Assembly (NCBI GenBank): GCA_900234795.1
Contig: LT962688.1
Coordinates: 300,001 to 332,000, forward strand
DNA from: Methylorubrum extorquens
GTDB lineage: Bacteria > Pseudomonadota > Alphaproteobacteria > Rhizobiales > Beijerinckiaceae
Reading direction: 5' to 3'
DNA length: 32,000 nucleotides
The notes beneath the pieces were generated by a model. That model was not told the origin of the DNA. It did no database searches and saw only the letters and a list, made by a program, of their open reading frames with translations. Position 1 is the first letter of the stretch. Every line of letters begins with the position of its first letter. The translations under genes were made by a program, and so were the position numbers. Below are positions 9,413 through 17,517 of the stretch, piece by piece.

Positions 9413-9524
9413 CGGAGTACTCCGGTTGAACGAGGATCGGCCGTTCATACACGGGTAAGACCGACGTCGGAAATGAGGCGTAAGCGCCGGCCGCAGGGGG
9501 GTATCGCGGCTGTTCGGCCGTCGG

Positions 9525-10256
9525 TCAGGCTGCGGCCGCGTCGCGATCGACATACCACGTCACGCGCCCGGCACTCACGACATGCCGCGCCGGCAGATCT
9601 TCGCCGTCGGCGAGCCGTTGCAGCGGCTCGCGCTTGCTCGCACCGTTGACGAGAAACAGCACCGAGCGCGACGAGGCCAGAGCCGGAAAGGTCAGGCTGA
9701 TGCGCGGCACGAACGGCTCCAATCCCGCTTCCGGAACCGGCGCGACCCAGGCCGTGCGTTCGGAAAGAGCCGGCTTGCCCGGAAACAGCGAGGCGGTATG
9801 GCCATCGCTGCCGAGGCCGAGCAGCACGAGGTCGAATAACGGTCGTTCGGGATCGAACTGTGTAGCCCCGTAGAAGTCGCGCAAAGTCTTCTCGTAGGCG
9901 CGAGCGCCGGTCTCGGCTCCGCGATCGGAGGGGATGAAGTACAGATGCGTCGCCGGCACCGGCGCGGCATGGCCGAACGCCTCCCGGACCATGCGGACGT
10001 TGCTCAACGCGTCGTCCCACGGCACCACCCGGTCGTCACCGAAGAACCAGTGGATGCGTGCCCACGGCACCCGCTCGGCAAAGCCGGGGGAGGCCAACAG
10101 CTTGTAGAGCCGCTTCGGGGTCGAGCCGCCGGAGAGGCAGATCGCGATGCGCTCGCCCTCCGCACTCTCGGCCATCGCCAGCAGATGCTCGGCCGCCGCA
10201 CGGGCCGTCGCCTCGGCATCTGCCATCAGCTCGGTGTTCGGGGGGAGCGAAATCAT
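9525..10256 (-). CDS. pgl: 6-phosphogluconolactonase
   Basis: 243 aa with [18 protein letters not shown]...[15 protein letters not shown]...[19 protein letters not shown], the typical Pgl/DevB signature. Its ATG overlaps the gnd stop (ATGA). Confidence 0.85.
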   Translation of the reverse strand: MISLPPNTELMADAEATARAAAEHLLAMAESAEGERIAICLSGGSTPKRLYKLLASPGFAERVPWARIHWFFGDDRVVPWDDALSNVRMVREAFGHAAPVPATHLYFIPSDRGAETGARAYEKTLRDFYGATQFDPERPLFDLVLLGLGSDGHTASLFPGKPALSERTAWVAPVPEAGLEPFVPRISLTFPALASSRSVLFLVNGASKREPLQRLADGEDLPARHVVSAGRVTWYVDRDAAAA

Positions 10257-11245
10257 GGGGCAGGTCCCCGGCGCGGCGGCTCTTTATGGCCGCCGAAGCC
10301 CTGGCGCATCGCCGAGAGCAGCTTGTCGGCGTAGCTCTCATCCTCGCGGGACCGGAAGCGGCGGTAGAGGGCGCTGGAGAGAACGGTGGCCGGCACGGCC
10401 TCCTCGATCGCCGCATTGATGGTCCAGCGGCCCTCGCCGGAATCCTCGACGTAACCGGAGAAGCCTTCGAGACGCTCGTCGCCCGCCAGGGCGGCGGCCG
10501 TCAGATCGAGGAGCCAGGAGGAGACCACGCTGCCCCGCCGCCAGACTTCGGCGATGTCGCCGAGATTGAGATCGAACCGGCGCGCCTCCGGAATATCGGG
10601 GGCGTTTGCATGGCGGAGGATGTCGAAGCCCTCGGCATAGGCCTGCATCAGGCCGTACTCGATGCCGTTGTGGATCATCTTCACGAAGTGACCGGCGCCG
10701 CTCGGGCCGGCATGGATGTAGCCCTGCTCGGCGCGCGGATCGCGCGCCTCGCGGCCGGGCGTGCGCGGGATCTCGCCGAGGCCCGGCGCCAGCGTGCGGA
10801 AGATCGGATCGAGCCGATCGACCGCTTCTTTGTGGCCGCCGATCATCATGCAGTAGCCGCGCTCCAGGCCCCACACGCCGCCGGACGTGCCGACATCGAT
10901 GTAATGGATCCCCTCGGCGTCGAGATCACGAGCCCGGCGGACATCGTCCTGATAGAACGAGTTGCCGCCGTCGATGATGCAGTCGTCGGCACTCAGGAGA
11001 CCGCCGAGCGCGGTCACCGTCTCCTCGGTGATATGGCCGGCTGGCAGCATCACCCAGGCGGTGCGTGGCGCTTCGAGCTTGGCGGCGAGATCCTCCAGGC
11101 TGGAGGCGGGTGTCGCACCCTCGGCAGCCAAGGCTTCGACCGCTTTCGGATCGCGGTCGTAGACCACGGCCGTGTGGCCGTCGCGCAGGAGACGGCGGAC
11201 GATGTTGCCGCCCATCCGGCCGAGGCCGATCATGCCGAGTTGCAT
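10253..11245 (-). CDS. gnd: 6-phosphogluconate dehydrogenase, decarboxylating (short ~330-aa form)
   Basis: Starts at the internal ATG at 11245: [24 protein letters not shown] (Rossmann fold GxGxxG). Also contains [19 protein letters not shown] and [24 protein letters not shown]. The track ORF extends 21 codons further upstream without support. Confidence 0.85.
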   Translation of the reverse strand: MQLGMIGLGRMGGNIVRRLLRDGHTAVVYDRDPKAVEALAAEGATPASSLEDLAAKLEAPRTAWVMLPAGHITEETVTALGGLLSADDCIIDGGNSFYQDDVRRARDLDAEGIHYIDVGTSGGVWGLERGYCMMIGGHKEAVDRLDPIFRTLAPGLGEIPRTPGREARDPRAEQGYIHAGPSGAGHFVKMIHNGIEYGLMQAYAEGFDILRHANAPDIPEARRFDLNLGDIAEVWRRGSVVSSWLLDLTAAALAGDERLEGFSGYVEDSGEGRWTINAAIEEAVPATVLSSALYRRFRSREDESYADKLLSAMRQGFGGHKEPPRRGPAP

Positions 11246-11419
11246 TGGCTCGCACTCCCATCGAGGCTTTTGCTTTTGCATCATCTTTTTCCGAAAGCCG
11301 GCAACCACCTTTCGGGACGATGCTCGATCAGGATCCGTCGTGCGATCCCTCGCGGTTCACCGTCCGCGCGTTACGGAACGGTGACCGCACCTGCCAATGG
11401 TAGGGCGTAAAAACCGGAA

Positions 11420-13015
11420 TCAAGGCTTCGGCGGTGTCGCCTCCGAGGCCGGCGGCTGGCCGGGGCTCGCTTCCGCCCGCTTCTCCGGGTTCTTGACCTG
11501 GCTGTAGGCGATGTTGCCGAACGAGCCGATGGTCGCCGGCCAGGGCAGGGGCTCCGCATCCTGGTCGCTGCGATTCGCCTTGCAGAAGGCCGAGAGCAGC
11601 CCGTTGACCACGGCGTCGTCGCCAGCCTCGGGCGCAGCGGCTTTCACCTTCGGCGCGACGCGGGCGAGGACCGGAACGAAATCGTTAGGCTTCAGCCCCT
11701 TCAGCGCATCGCCGCCGGTGGCCTCCTCGATGCTGGCCTTGAGCCCTTCGTTCTCGATGGTCGAGCAGGGCGCGTTGCCGGCCATCATCGTCTTGATCTT
11801 CCCCCGCGCGGTCGCGACGACACCGGATTCCGACACGACCGGAGCCTTGTTGCCCCAGGAATTGCGGATGTAGTCGGTGACGTCCTTGATCTGCTGATCG
11901 GTCATCTCCTGGCCGATGGCCGGCATCGGCGCGTAGCCGCTCTGGGCGGCGAGACCGCCGACGATCACGTTGATGATGGTCTCGGGGCCGCCGGACTGGA
12001 TCGAGGTGTTGCCGGCCAGCGCCGGGATCGCGCCCTCGACGCCCTTGCCGTCCGGTCGGTGACAGGAGGAGCAATAGGTGAGGTAGGTGTCGGCGCCCGG
12101 CGCGCCCGGTTGGTTGAAGGCTTGGAGATCCTTCTCCTTGTAAGTCTGTTTGGCCGGAATCGTGCGCAGATAGGCGACCATCGCCTTCAGGTCGGCGTCT
12201 GTCATCTTGGAAAGCGACTCTTCGATGGTCTGGCGCATCGGGCCGGCGGCCACGCCCGGCCGGTTGCCGGGGGCCGTGCCGGTCTTGAGGTAGCTGACGA
12301 CCTCTTCGTCGCTCCAGGCGCCGATGCCCTGATGCCCGTCCGGGGTGATGTTGGGCGCGTACCAGCCATCGATGACGCCGCCGCCGAACCGGCCGGCCAG
12401 GCTCGAATTGCCCACGAGCTTGCGCTCGTTGTGGCACATGCCGCAATGGCCCAGGCCTTCGACCAAGTACCCACCGCGGTTCACCTCCGCGCTGGCCTTC
12501 GGATCGGGCTCGAAACGCCCTTCGGTGAAGAAGGCGGTGCGCCACGTGATCAGAGCGGTGCGGACATTGAACGGGAAGGGGATCTCGTTGTCCTCCCGCT
12601 TCTCCTTCACCGGCGTGAGAGACTTGAGGTAAGCGAAGATCGCTCTCGTGTCGTCGTCCGAAACCTTGGTGTACCAAGAGAAGGGGAAGGCCGGGTAGAG
12701 ATACTCACCCTCGTCGCCGATGCCGTGACGGAACGCCTTTTCGAAGGTCTCGTAGCTCCACTTGCCGATGCCGGTCTCGTCATCCGGCGTGAGGTTGGGG
12801 GTTTTGATCGCCCCGATCGGCGTATCGAGCTTGAAATTGCCGGCCATGAACTTGCCGCCGGTCTTGGTGTGGCAAGCGGTGCAATCGCCCGCCGTCGCCA
12901 GATATTCGCCGCGCTTGATCAGATCGGCATCCGCCTCCTGCGCGTGAGCCGTGCCGACCGAGAGGAGGACGGCGACGGCGAGCCAACCAGAGCCCAGGGC
13001 ATTGAGGCGTGTCAT
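11420..13015 (-). CDS. triheme cytochrome c (dehydrogenase cytochrome-c-subunit-like) with a long C-terminal tail
   Basis: Signal peptide MTRLNALGSGWLAVAVLLSVGTAHA/QE. Three CxxCH heme motifs (CTACH, CGMCH, CSSCH) are spaced as in the cytochrome subunits of membrane-bound alcohol or gluconate dehydrogenases. About 120 extra C-terminal residues are Ala/Pro/Lys-rich. Confidence 0.8.
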   Translation of the reverse strand: MTRLNALGSGWLAVAVLLSVGTAHAQEADADLIKRGEYLATAGDCTACHTKTGGKFMAGNFKLDTPIGAIKTPNLTPDDETGIGKWSYETFEKAFRHGIGDEGEYLYPAFPFSWYTKVSDDDTRAIFAYLKSLTPVKEKREDNEIPFPFNVRTALITWRTAFFTEGRFEPDPKASAEVNRGGYLVEGLGHCGMCHNERKLVGNSSLAGRFGGGVIDGWYAPNITPDGHQGIGAWSDEEVVSYLKTGTAPGNRPGVAAGPMRQTIEESLSKMTDADLKAMVAYLRTIPAKQTYKEKDLQAFNQPGAPGADTYLTYCSSCHRPDGKGVEGAIPALAGNTSIQSGGPETIINVIVGGLAAQSGYAPMPAIGQEMTDQQIKDVTDYIRNSWGNKAPVVSESGVVATARGKIKTMMAGNAPCSTIENEGLKASIEEATGGDALKGLKPNDFVPVLARVAPKVKAAAPEAGDDAVVNGLLSAFCKANRSDQDAEPLPWPATIGSFGNIAYSQVKNPEKRAEASPGQPPASEATPPKP

Positions 13016-13058
13016 GAACCCGATCTCCAGATGTCGAGGGCCTCGATAAAGTATCGTT

Positions 13059-13424
13059 CTAAGTCATCGGCGGACGCGCACCGAACGTTCGCCACTTCTG
13101 GTTGTTCCCAGCCGGCTTGTCGCAGTCCGGCGACGCCGCCACTCCGTCACATTGAAAGCGGATCACCATCTCGGCGAGATGCGCGGCGAGCGCCGCGGCC
13201 AACCAAACCGCGATGCCGGGCCACGCCGTGCCGGTGAGCGCCGCCCGCAGGGCCAGCATCAGCGCCGCACCGGAGGCGAGGTTGCTCAGCAGTGCCCCCG
13301 GCGCCGGGCCGCGCCCCCAGCGGGCGCGCATACCGAGCAGCACCAGCGCCTCGAGGACCACCAGCACGAGGATGGCATCGACGATCCGCCCGGAGGCGAA
13401 GAGCGGGGCGAAGAACCCGTCCAC
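13059..13424 (-). CDS. hypothetical small integral membrane protein, co-oriented with and 3 nt downstream of tspO
   Basis: 121-aa ORF. Its GTG start at 13424 lies 3 nt after the tspO TGA. It has 3-4 hydrophobic helices (IVDAILVLVVLEALVLLGM, GALLSNLASGAALMLAL, WPGIAVWLAAALAAHLA). No family recognised. Confidence 0.45.
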   Translation of the reverse strand: MDGFFAPLFASGRIVDAILVLVVLEALVLLGMRARWGRGPAPGALLSNLASGAALMLALRAALTGTAWPGIAVWLAAALAAHLAEMVIRFQCDGVAASPDCDKPAGNNQKWRTFGARPPMT

Positions 13425-13427
13425 GGA

Positions 13428-13937
13428 TCACGCGCTCCCGAAGCGCGGCCCGAAGCGCGGATTGAGCCGGACGATGGTGAGGTTCAGGCAGGCGGCGGTG
13501 CTGACCCAGGCGAGGTAGGGAAGGTTGAGCAGAGCTGCAGGCGTCGAGACCTGCCCGACGGTGACCATTACGGCGAGGATGGAGAGCCACAGCAGCAGCA
13601 CTTCGGCGAAGGCCCAATCGGGCCGACGCAGCCGGAAGAAGATCACGCTCCAGGCGATGTTGAGCACGCCGTTGACGGCGAGGACCGCGACGAGCCGGCC
13701 CCGCGCGGCCGGGTCTGGATCGGCGTTCCAGGCGATGATCGCGGAGGCGGTGGTGAGGATGAAGATCACGGTCCAGATCGGCCCGAAAGCCCAGTCCGGC
13801 GGCTTCCAGCCGGGAACGCGCAGGCGGCGATACCAAGCGTCCGTCCGGGTCGCGACCCCGCCCGCCACAGCGACGGCGAGCGCCACGAGGGCGGCGACGA
13901 CGGGTGGTCCCCAGCCGCCAGCTAGCAGGCCGCTCAC
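13428..13937 (-). CDS. tspO: tryptophan-rich sensory protein TspO/MBR family
   Basis: Contains WYRRLRVPGWKPPDWAFGPIWTVIFILT...VNGVLNIAWSVIFFRLRRPDWAF...LPYLAWVSTAACLNLTIVRLN, a typical five-TM TspO. The proposed GTG start at 13937 overlaps the bchP stop (GTGA) and gives 169 aa. The 320-aa track ORF is an out-of-frame run through the bchP 3' end. Confidence 0.8.
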   Translation of the reverse strand: MSGLLAGGWGPPVVAALVALAVAVAGGVATRTDAWYRRLRVPGWKPPDWAFGPIWTVIFILTTASAIIAWNADPDPAARGRLVAVLAVNGVLNIAWSVIFFRLRRPDWAFAEVLLLWLSILAVMVTVGQVSTPAALLNLPYLAWVSTAACLNLTIVRLNPRFGPRFGSA

Positions 13938-15127
13938 GGTGAGACCCAGCGAAACAGGTGCGCCAGATCCTTGAAGAAGATCCGTGCATGCGCGGCGGGT
14001 TTGGCGCGCACCAGTTCCTTGTTCATGTAGGCGTCCCAGGTGAGCTGCTGGACGTCCTTGTCCTTGCAGATCGAGACGAAGCGCTCCCGCAGGGTGTCGC
14101 TGCGATACCAGACCCACTGCATCATCCCGAGGATCCAGAAGACGCGTCCGTGCAGCCGCATGAACCGCTTCCGCGCCTGGGCGAGGGCGCGGGCATCGCC
14201 GGTGGCGAGGAAGGCGCCCGCCGCCTCCGCGGCAAGGCGACCGCCGAGCATGGCGTAGTAGATGCCCTCTCCGGAAGCCGGCGCGACAACGCCCGCCGCG
14301 TCGCCCGCGAGCAGCACGTCGCGTCCGTTGTCCCAGCGCCGCAACGGCTTGAGCGGCAGCGGGGCGCCCTCCCGGCGGATCGTCTCGCAAACATCGAGGC
14401 CGGTATCGGCGCGCAGATCGCGGATCGCGGAGCGCAGGGAGAAGCCCTTTCGGGCGCTACCGGTGCCGACGCTGACGGTCTCGCCATGCGGAAAGATCCA
14501 GGCGTAGAAATCCGGCGAGAGGCGGCCCTGGTAGTAGACATCGCAGCGCGCGCCGTCGTGCCCGGTCTCCGCGGGGCGCCGGACGATCTCGTGATAGGCG
14601 AAGACCTGTCGCATCCGGGCATGCCCCGGAATTTCGGCGCGGCCGACGGTGGAGGTCGCACCGTCGGCACCGATGACGAGGCGGGCCTGCACCCGGTGTT
14701 CCTCGCCGCCTTTGCCGGAGCGGTAATGCACCGTGGCGAGACCCGCGCTTTCGCGGGAGATGCGTTCGAACAGGCCGTCGCGCAGATCCGACCCGGCGAG
14801 CGCGGCCCGCTCGCGCAGATACGGATCGAAATGCTCGCGATCGACCATGCCGACGAAGCCGTCGCCGACCGGCATGTCGACCGAGCGCGCGCTCGGCGCC
14901 ACCATCCGGGCACACCGGATACGGGCGACGAGGAGCGCGTCGGGAATCGCGAAGTCGCGGATCAGCCGCGGCGGGATCGCGCCACCGCAGGGCTTGATCC
15001 GCCCGGCCTTGTCGAGGAGCAGCACCCGCCGCCCGGAGGCGGCGAGGTCGGCGGCCGCGATCGCCCCCGCGGGCCCGCCCCCCACCACCACGACGTCGAA
15101 GATTTCGGAAGCGTCGTGGTCTGTCAT
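13934..15127 (-). CDS. bchP: geranylgeranyl diphosphate/bacteriochlorophyllide reductase BchP
   Basis: 397 aa with the FAD fold FDVVVVGGGPAGAIAAADLA...LLLDKAGRIKPCGGAIP, and the expected position next to the pucC-like gene and bchG. Confidence 0.92.
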   Translation of the reverse strand: MTDHDASEIFDVVVVGGGPAGAIAAADLAASGRRVLLLDKAGRIKPCGGAIPPRLIRDFAIPDALLVARIRCARMVAPSARSVDMPVGDGFVGMVDREHFDPYLRERAALAGSDLRDGLFERISRESAGLATVHYRSGKGGEEHRVQARLVIGADGATSTVGRAEIPGHARMRQVFAYHEIVRRPAETGHDGARCDVYYQGRLSPDFYAWIFPHGETVSVGTGSARKGFSLRSAIRDLRADTGLDVCETIRREGAPLPLKPLRRWDNGRDVLLAGDAAGVVAPASGEGIYYAMLGGRLAAEAAGAFLATGDARALAQARKRFMRLHGRVFWILGMMQWVWYRSDTLRERFVSICKDKDVQQLTWDAYMNKELVRAKPAAHARIFFKDLAHLFRWVSP

Positions 15128-15131
15128 GGCG

Positions 15132-16511
15132 TTACCGCGCCTCGAAGCCGGAATTGAGCTGGAAGGAGGCCGTCTCGGTCAGCGGGTTGTGCCGCCGGCC
15201 GACGGTGACGTGCTCGACGCGCAGGCTGATGAGCAGCGCGACGAGGAATAGGATGCCTTCCGCCGCGAACACCGCCGCGTAGGCGTAGACCGGTTCGGAG
15301 GCGACGAGGCGGGCGAGATCGACCGCAAGCGTGCCGAGGAAGCCGCCGGCCCCGAAGGCGACGCCCTGGGCCGCGCCCCAGACACCCATGCGGGTGCCGC
15401 GCTCGGCCTCGCCGCCGCGCCCGGCCAGCGCCATCATCGAGCCGATCGCCGCCACGGCGTAGACGCCGTTGCCGAAGCCGAGGCCGGCCACCGCCGCGCG
15501 CAAGGGAAAGTCGGGCCCGATCGGTCCGCCGGCAGCGATCGTCCCAAGCGCCAGCGCCGAAAGCCCGCAGCCGATCGCCGTCCAGAGCTTCAGCGAACCC
15601 AGCACCGGCCCGCCGATGAACACGGTGACGCCGGCCACGAACAGCATGCCGGCGAGCACGCCGCCGTGCTGAAGCCCGGCGAGCTTGGTCGTCGCTCCCG
15701 GCGTCATCGCGAAGACGAGGCCGGCATAGGGCTCGAGAATCAACTCCTGCGCGCTGTAGGCGAGCATCGAGACGAAGATGAACAGGGTGAAGCGCCGGGC
15801 CGCGGGCTCGGCCAGCACCTGCGCCAGCACCGCGCGGAACGGCGGCTTCGTCTCGGCCCGGCCGGCGGCGGCTTCGGGGCGGCGCGGTTCGATGCCGGCC
15901 ACCGCCAGCACAGCCACAGCGAAGGCAATGAGGGAGACGGTCCCCGACACGGCGACGAGCCGCGCGCCCGAGAACGGATCGAGGAAGTGGCCGGCCAGCG
16001 GCGCGGTGACGGCGAACCCGGCGATCATCATCACCCAGACGATGGTCGCCGCCGCGCCCCGGCGCCCGGCTTCCACCCCGGTCGCGAGCAGGACGAGGAG
16101 CGAGGTGCCCGCCGCGCCCGCGCCCATGCCGACAAGCAGGAAGGACAGGACGGCGAGTGCAAGGCCGGCGGCGAGGTGACTGGCCGCGAGCGCGGTCGCC
16201 ACCGCCGCGCCGAAACCGCCGAGGCAGAGCGCGGCCATGCCGCCGACGATCCACGGCGTCCGCCGCCCCCCGACATCGGAGCCGTAGCCCCAGCGCGGAC
16301 GCAGCACCTGCGTGGCGTAGTGCAGGGCGACGAGGGCGCCGGGCACGATCGCGGGCAGCGCCAGCTCCACCACCATCACCCGGTTGATGGTCGATGTCAT
16401 CAACACCACGACCGCCCCGAGCGCGGTCTGGACGAGGCCGAGCCGAACGATCTGGAGCCACGAGAACGATCGAGGGAAGGGTCGAGGGACGGTGGCGGGC
16501 ATGTCGGTCAT
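15132..16511 (-). CDS. pucC: PucC-family (BCD/MFS-type, orf428/bch2-like) photosynthetic complex assembly protein
   Basis: The ATG at 16511 overlaps the bchG TGA (ATGA). 459 aa, about 12 TM helices, with SWLQIVRLGLVQTALGAVVVLMTSTINRVMVVEL, the PucC/LhaA family N-terminal signature. It is paralogous to lhaA at 28830. The 617-aa track ORF is an upstream extension through bchG. Confidence 0.88.
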   Translation of the reverse strand: MTDMPATVPRPFPRSFSWLQIVRLGLVQTALGAVVVLMTSTINRVMVVELALPAIVPGALVALHYATQVLRPRWGYGSDVGGRRTPWIVGGMAALCLGGFGAAVATALAASHLAAGLALAVLSFLLVGMGAGAAGTSLLVLLATGVEAGRRGAAATIVWVMMIAGFAVTAPLAGHFLDPFSGARLVAVSGTVSLIAFAVAVLAVAGIEPRRPEAAAGRAETKPPFRAVLAQVLAEPAARRFTLFIFVSMLAYSAQELILEPYAGLVFAMTPGATTKLAGLQHGGVLAGMLFVAGVTVFIGGPVLGSLKLWTAIGCGLSALALGTIAAGGPIGPDFPLRAAVAGLGFGNGVYAVAAIGSMMALAGRGGEAERGTRMGVWGAAQGVAFGAGGFLGTLAVDLARLVASEPVYAYAAVFAAEGILFLVALLISLRVEHVTVGRRHNPLTETASFQLNSGFEAR

Positions 16512-17395
16512 GGCGCCAGCCCTTGCACGAGCGGGCGCAGGGCAAAAGCCGAGGCCAACATGCCGAAGACGTAGAGCGTCGTGCCGGTGCCGTTGTACCA
16601 AGCGGCGCGGGCGCGGGGCGCCTTCAGAAAATGCGTCATCAGGACGAGTTGCCCCACGAGCAGGGCGCCGATCAACGCGGCATGCCAGAGACGCTCCCAA
16701 TGGAGGAGGAGCGCGACCACCACCATCTGCGGCAGGGCCATGACGAGGCAGGCGAAGCGCGCCGCGCGATCGGAGCCGAGTTGCACCGGCAGCGAGCGCA
16801 GGCCCATGGCCCGGTCCCCCTCCACCGACTTGAAGTCGTTGAGGGTCATGATGCCGTGCGCGCCGACCGAGTAGAGCAGGGCGACGAGAAGCACCCGCCG
16901 GTCGGGCATCGAGGCGGCCATCACCGCGGCGCCGGTGAACCAGGGCAGCCCTTCGTAGCAGAGCGCCACCGCCGAATTGCCCCACCAGCCGTTCTGCTTC
17001 AGCCGGAACGGAGGCGCCGAGTAGATCCAGGCGAGCACGAGGCCGAACAGGGCGGCACCGAGGATCCAGGGTCCGAGCATCGCGGCGACGGCCAGCGACA
17101 GGACCGTCCAGCCGGCCGCGAGATAAAGGCCCCAGCGGCCGGGAATGCGTCCCGAGGGGATCGGCCGGTCAGGCTCGTTGATGGCATCGACATGGCGATC
17201 GAACCAGTCGTTGGCGGCCTGGCTCGTGGCGCAGACCAGCGGTCCGGCGAGCAGCACGCCCGCGGCGATAACCAGCCACTGCCCGGATGGCGTCTGACCG
17301 GATGAGACGACCCCGCAGCCGAACGCCCACATCGGTGCGAACCACGTGATGGGCTTGAGAAGCTCGACGATGGCGCTCGGCGCGGGCGTTGCCAT
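16508..17395 (-). CDS. bchG: bacteriochlorophyll a synthase BchG (UbiA prenyltransferase family)
   Basis: 295 aa with ELLKPITWFAPMWAFGCGVVSSG...NDWFDRHVDAINEPDRPIPSGRI...NDFKSVEGDRAMGLRSLPV, the two Asp-rich UbiA motifs in the BchG/ChlG context. Confidence 0.92.
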   Translation of the reverse strand: MATPAPSAIVELLKPITWFAPMWAFGCGVVSSGQTPSGQWLVIAAGVLLAGPLVCATSQAANDWFDRHVDAINEPDRPIPSGRIPGRWGLYLAAGWTVLSLAVAAMLGPWILGAALFGLVLAWIYSAPPFRLKQNGWWGNSAVALCYEGLPWFTGAAVMAASMPDRRVLLVALLYSVGAHGIMTLNDFKSVEGDRAMGLRSLPVQLGSDRAARFACLVMALPQMVVVALLLHWERLWHAALIGALLVGQLVLMTHFLKAPRARAAWYNGTGTTLYVFGMLASAFALRPLVQGLAP

Positions 17396-17401
17396 GCTCG
17401 A

Positions 17402-17445
17402 AAGCTACTGGCGCCCGGCCGCATGTGTCAATCAAGCTTTACACA
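17402..17445 (-). promoter_or_regulatory. bchG promoter with overlapping PpsR-type operator
   Basis: The minus strand reads TGTAAAGCTTGATTGACA, a perfect TGT-N12-ACA at 17426-17443 that extends to TGTGT/ACACA at 17424-17445. Its last six bases are a perfect TTGACA -35 box (17426-17431). After an 18-nt spacer comes TAGCTT (17402-17407), then 6 nt, then the bchG ATG. Confidence 0.5.
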
Positions 17446-17517
17446 CGGCCTAAAATTAGGGTGCGATCTCACCTGTTTTTGATCGTTGCATTATAGCGCC
17501 GATCGCCGGAAAAGGGC

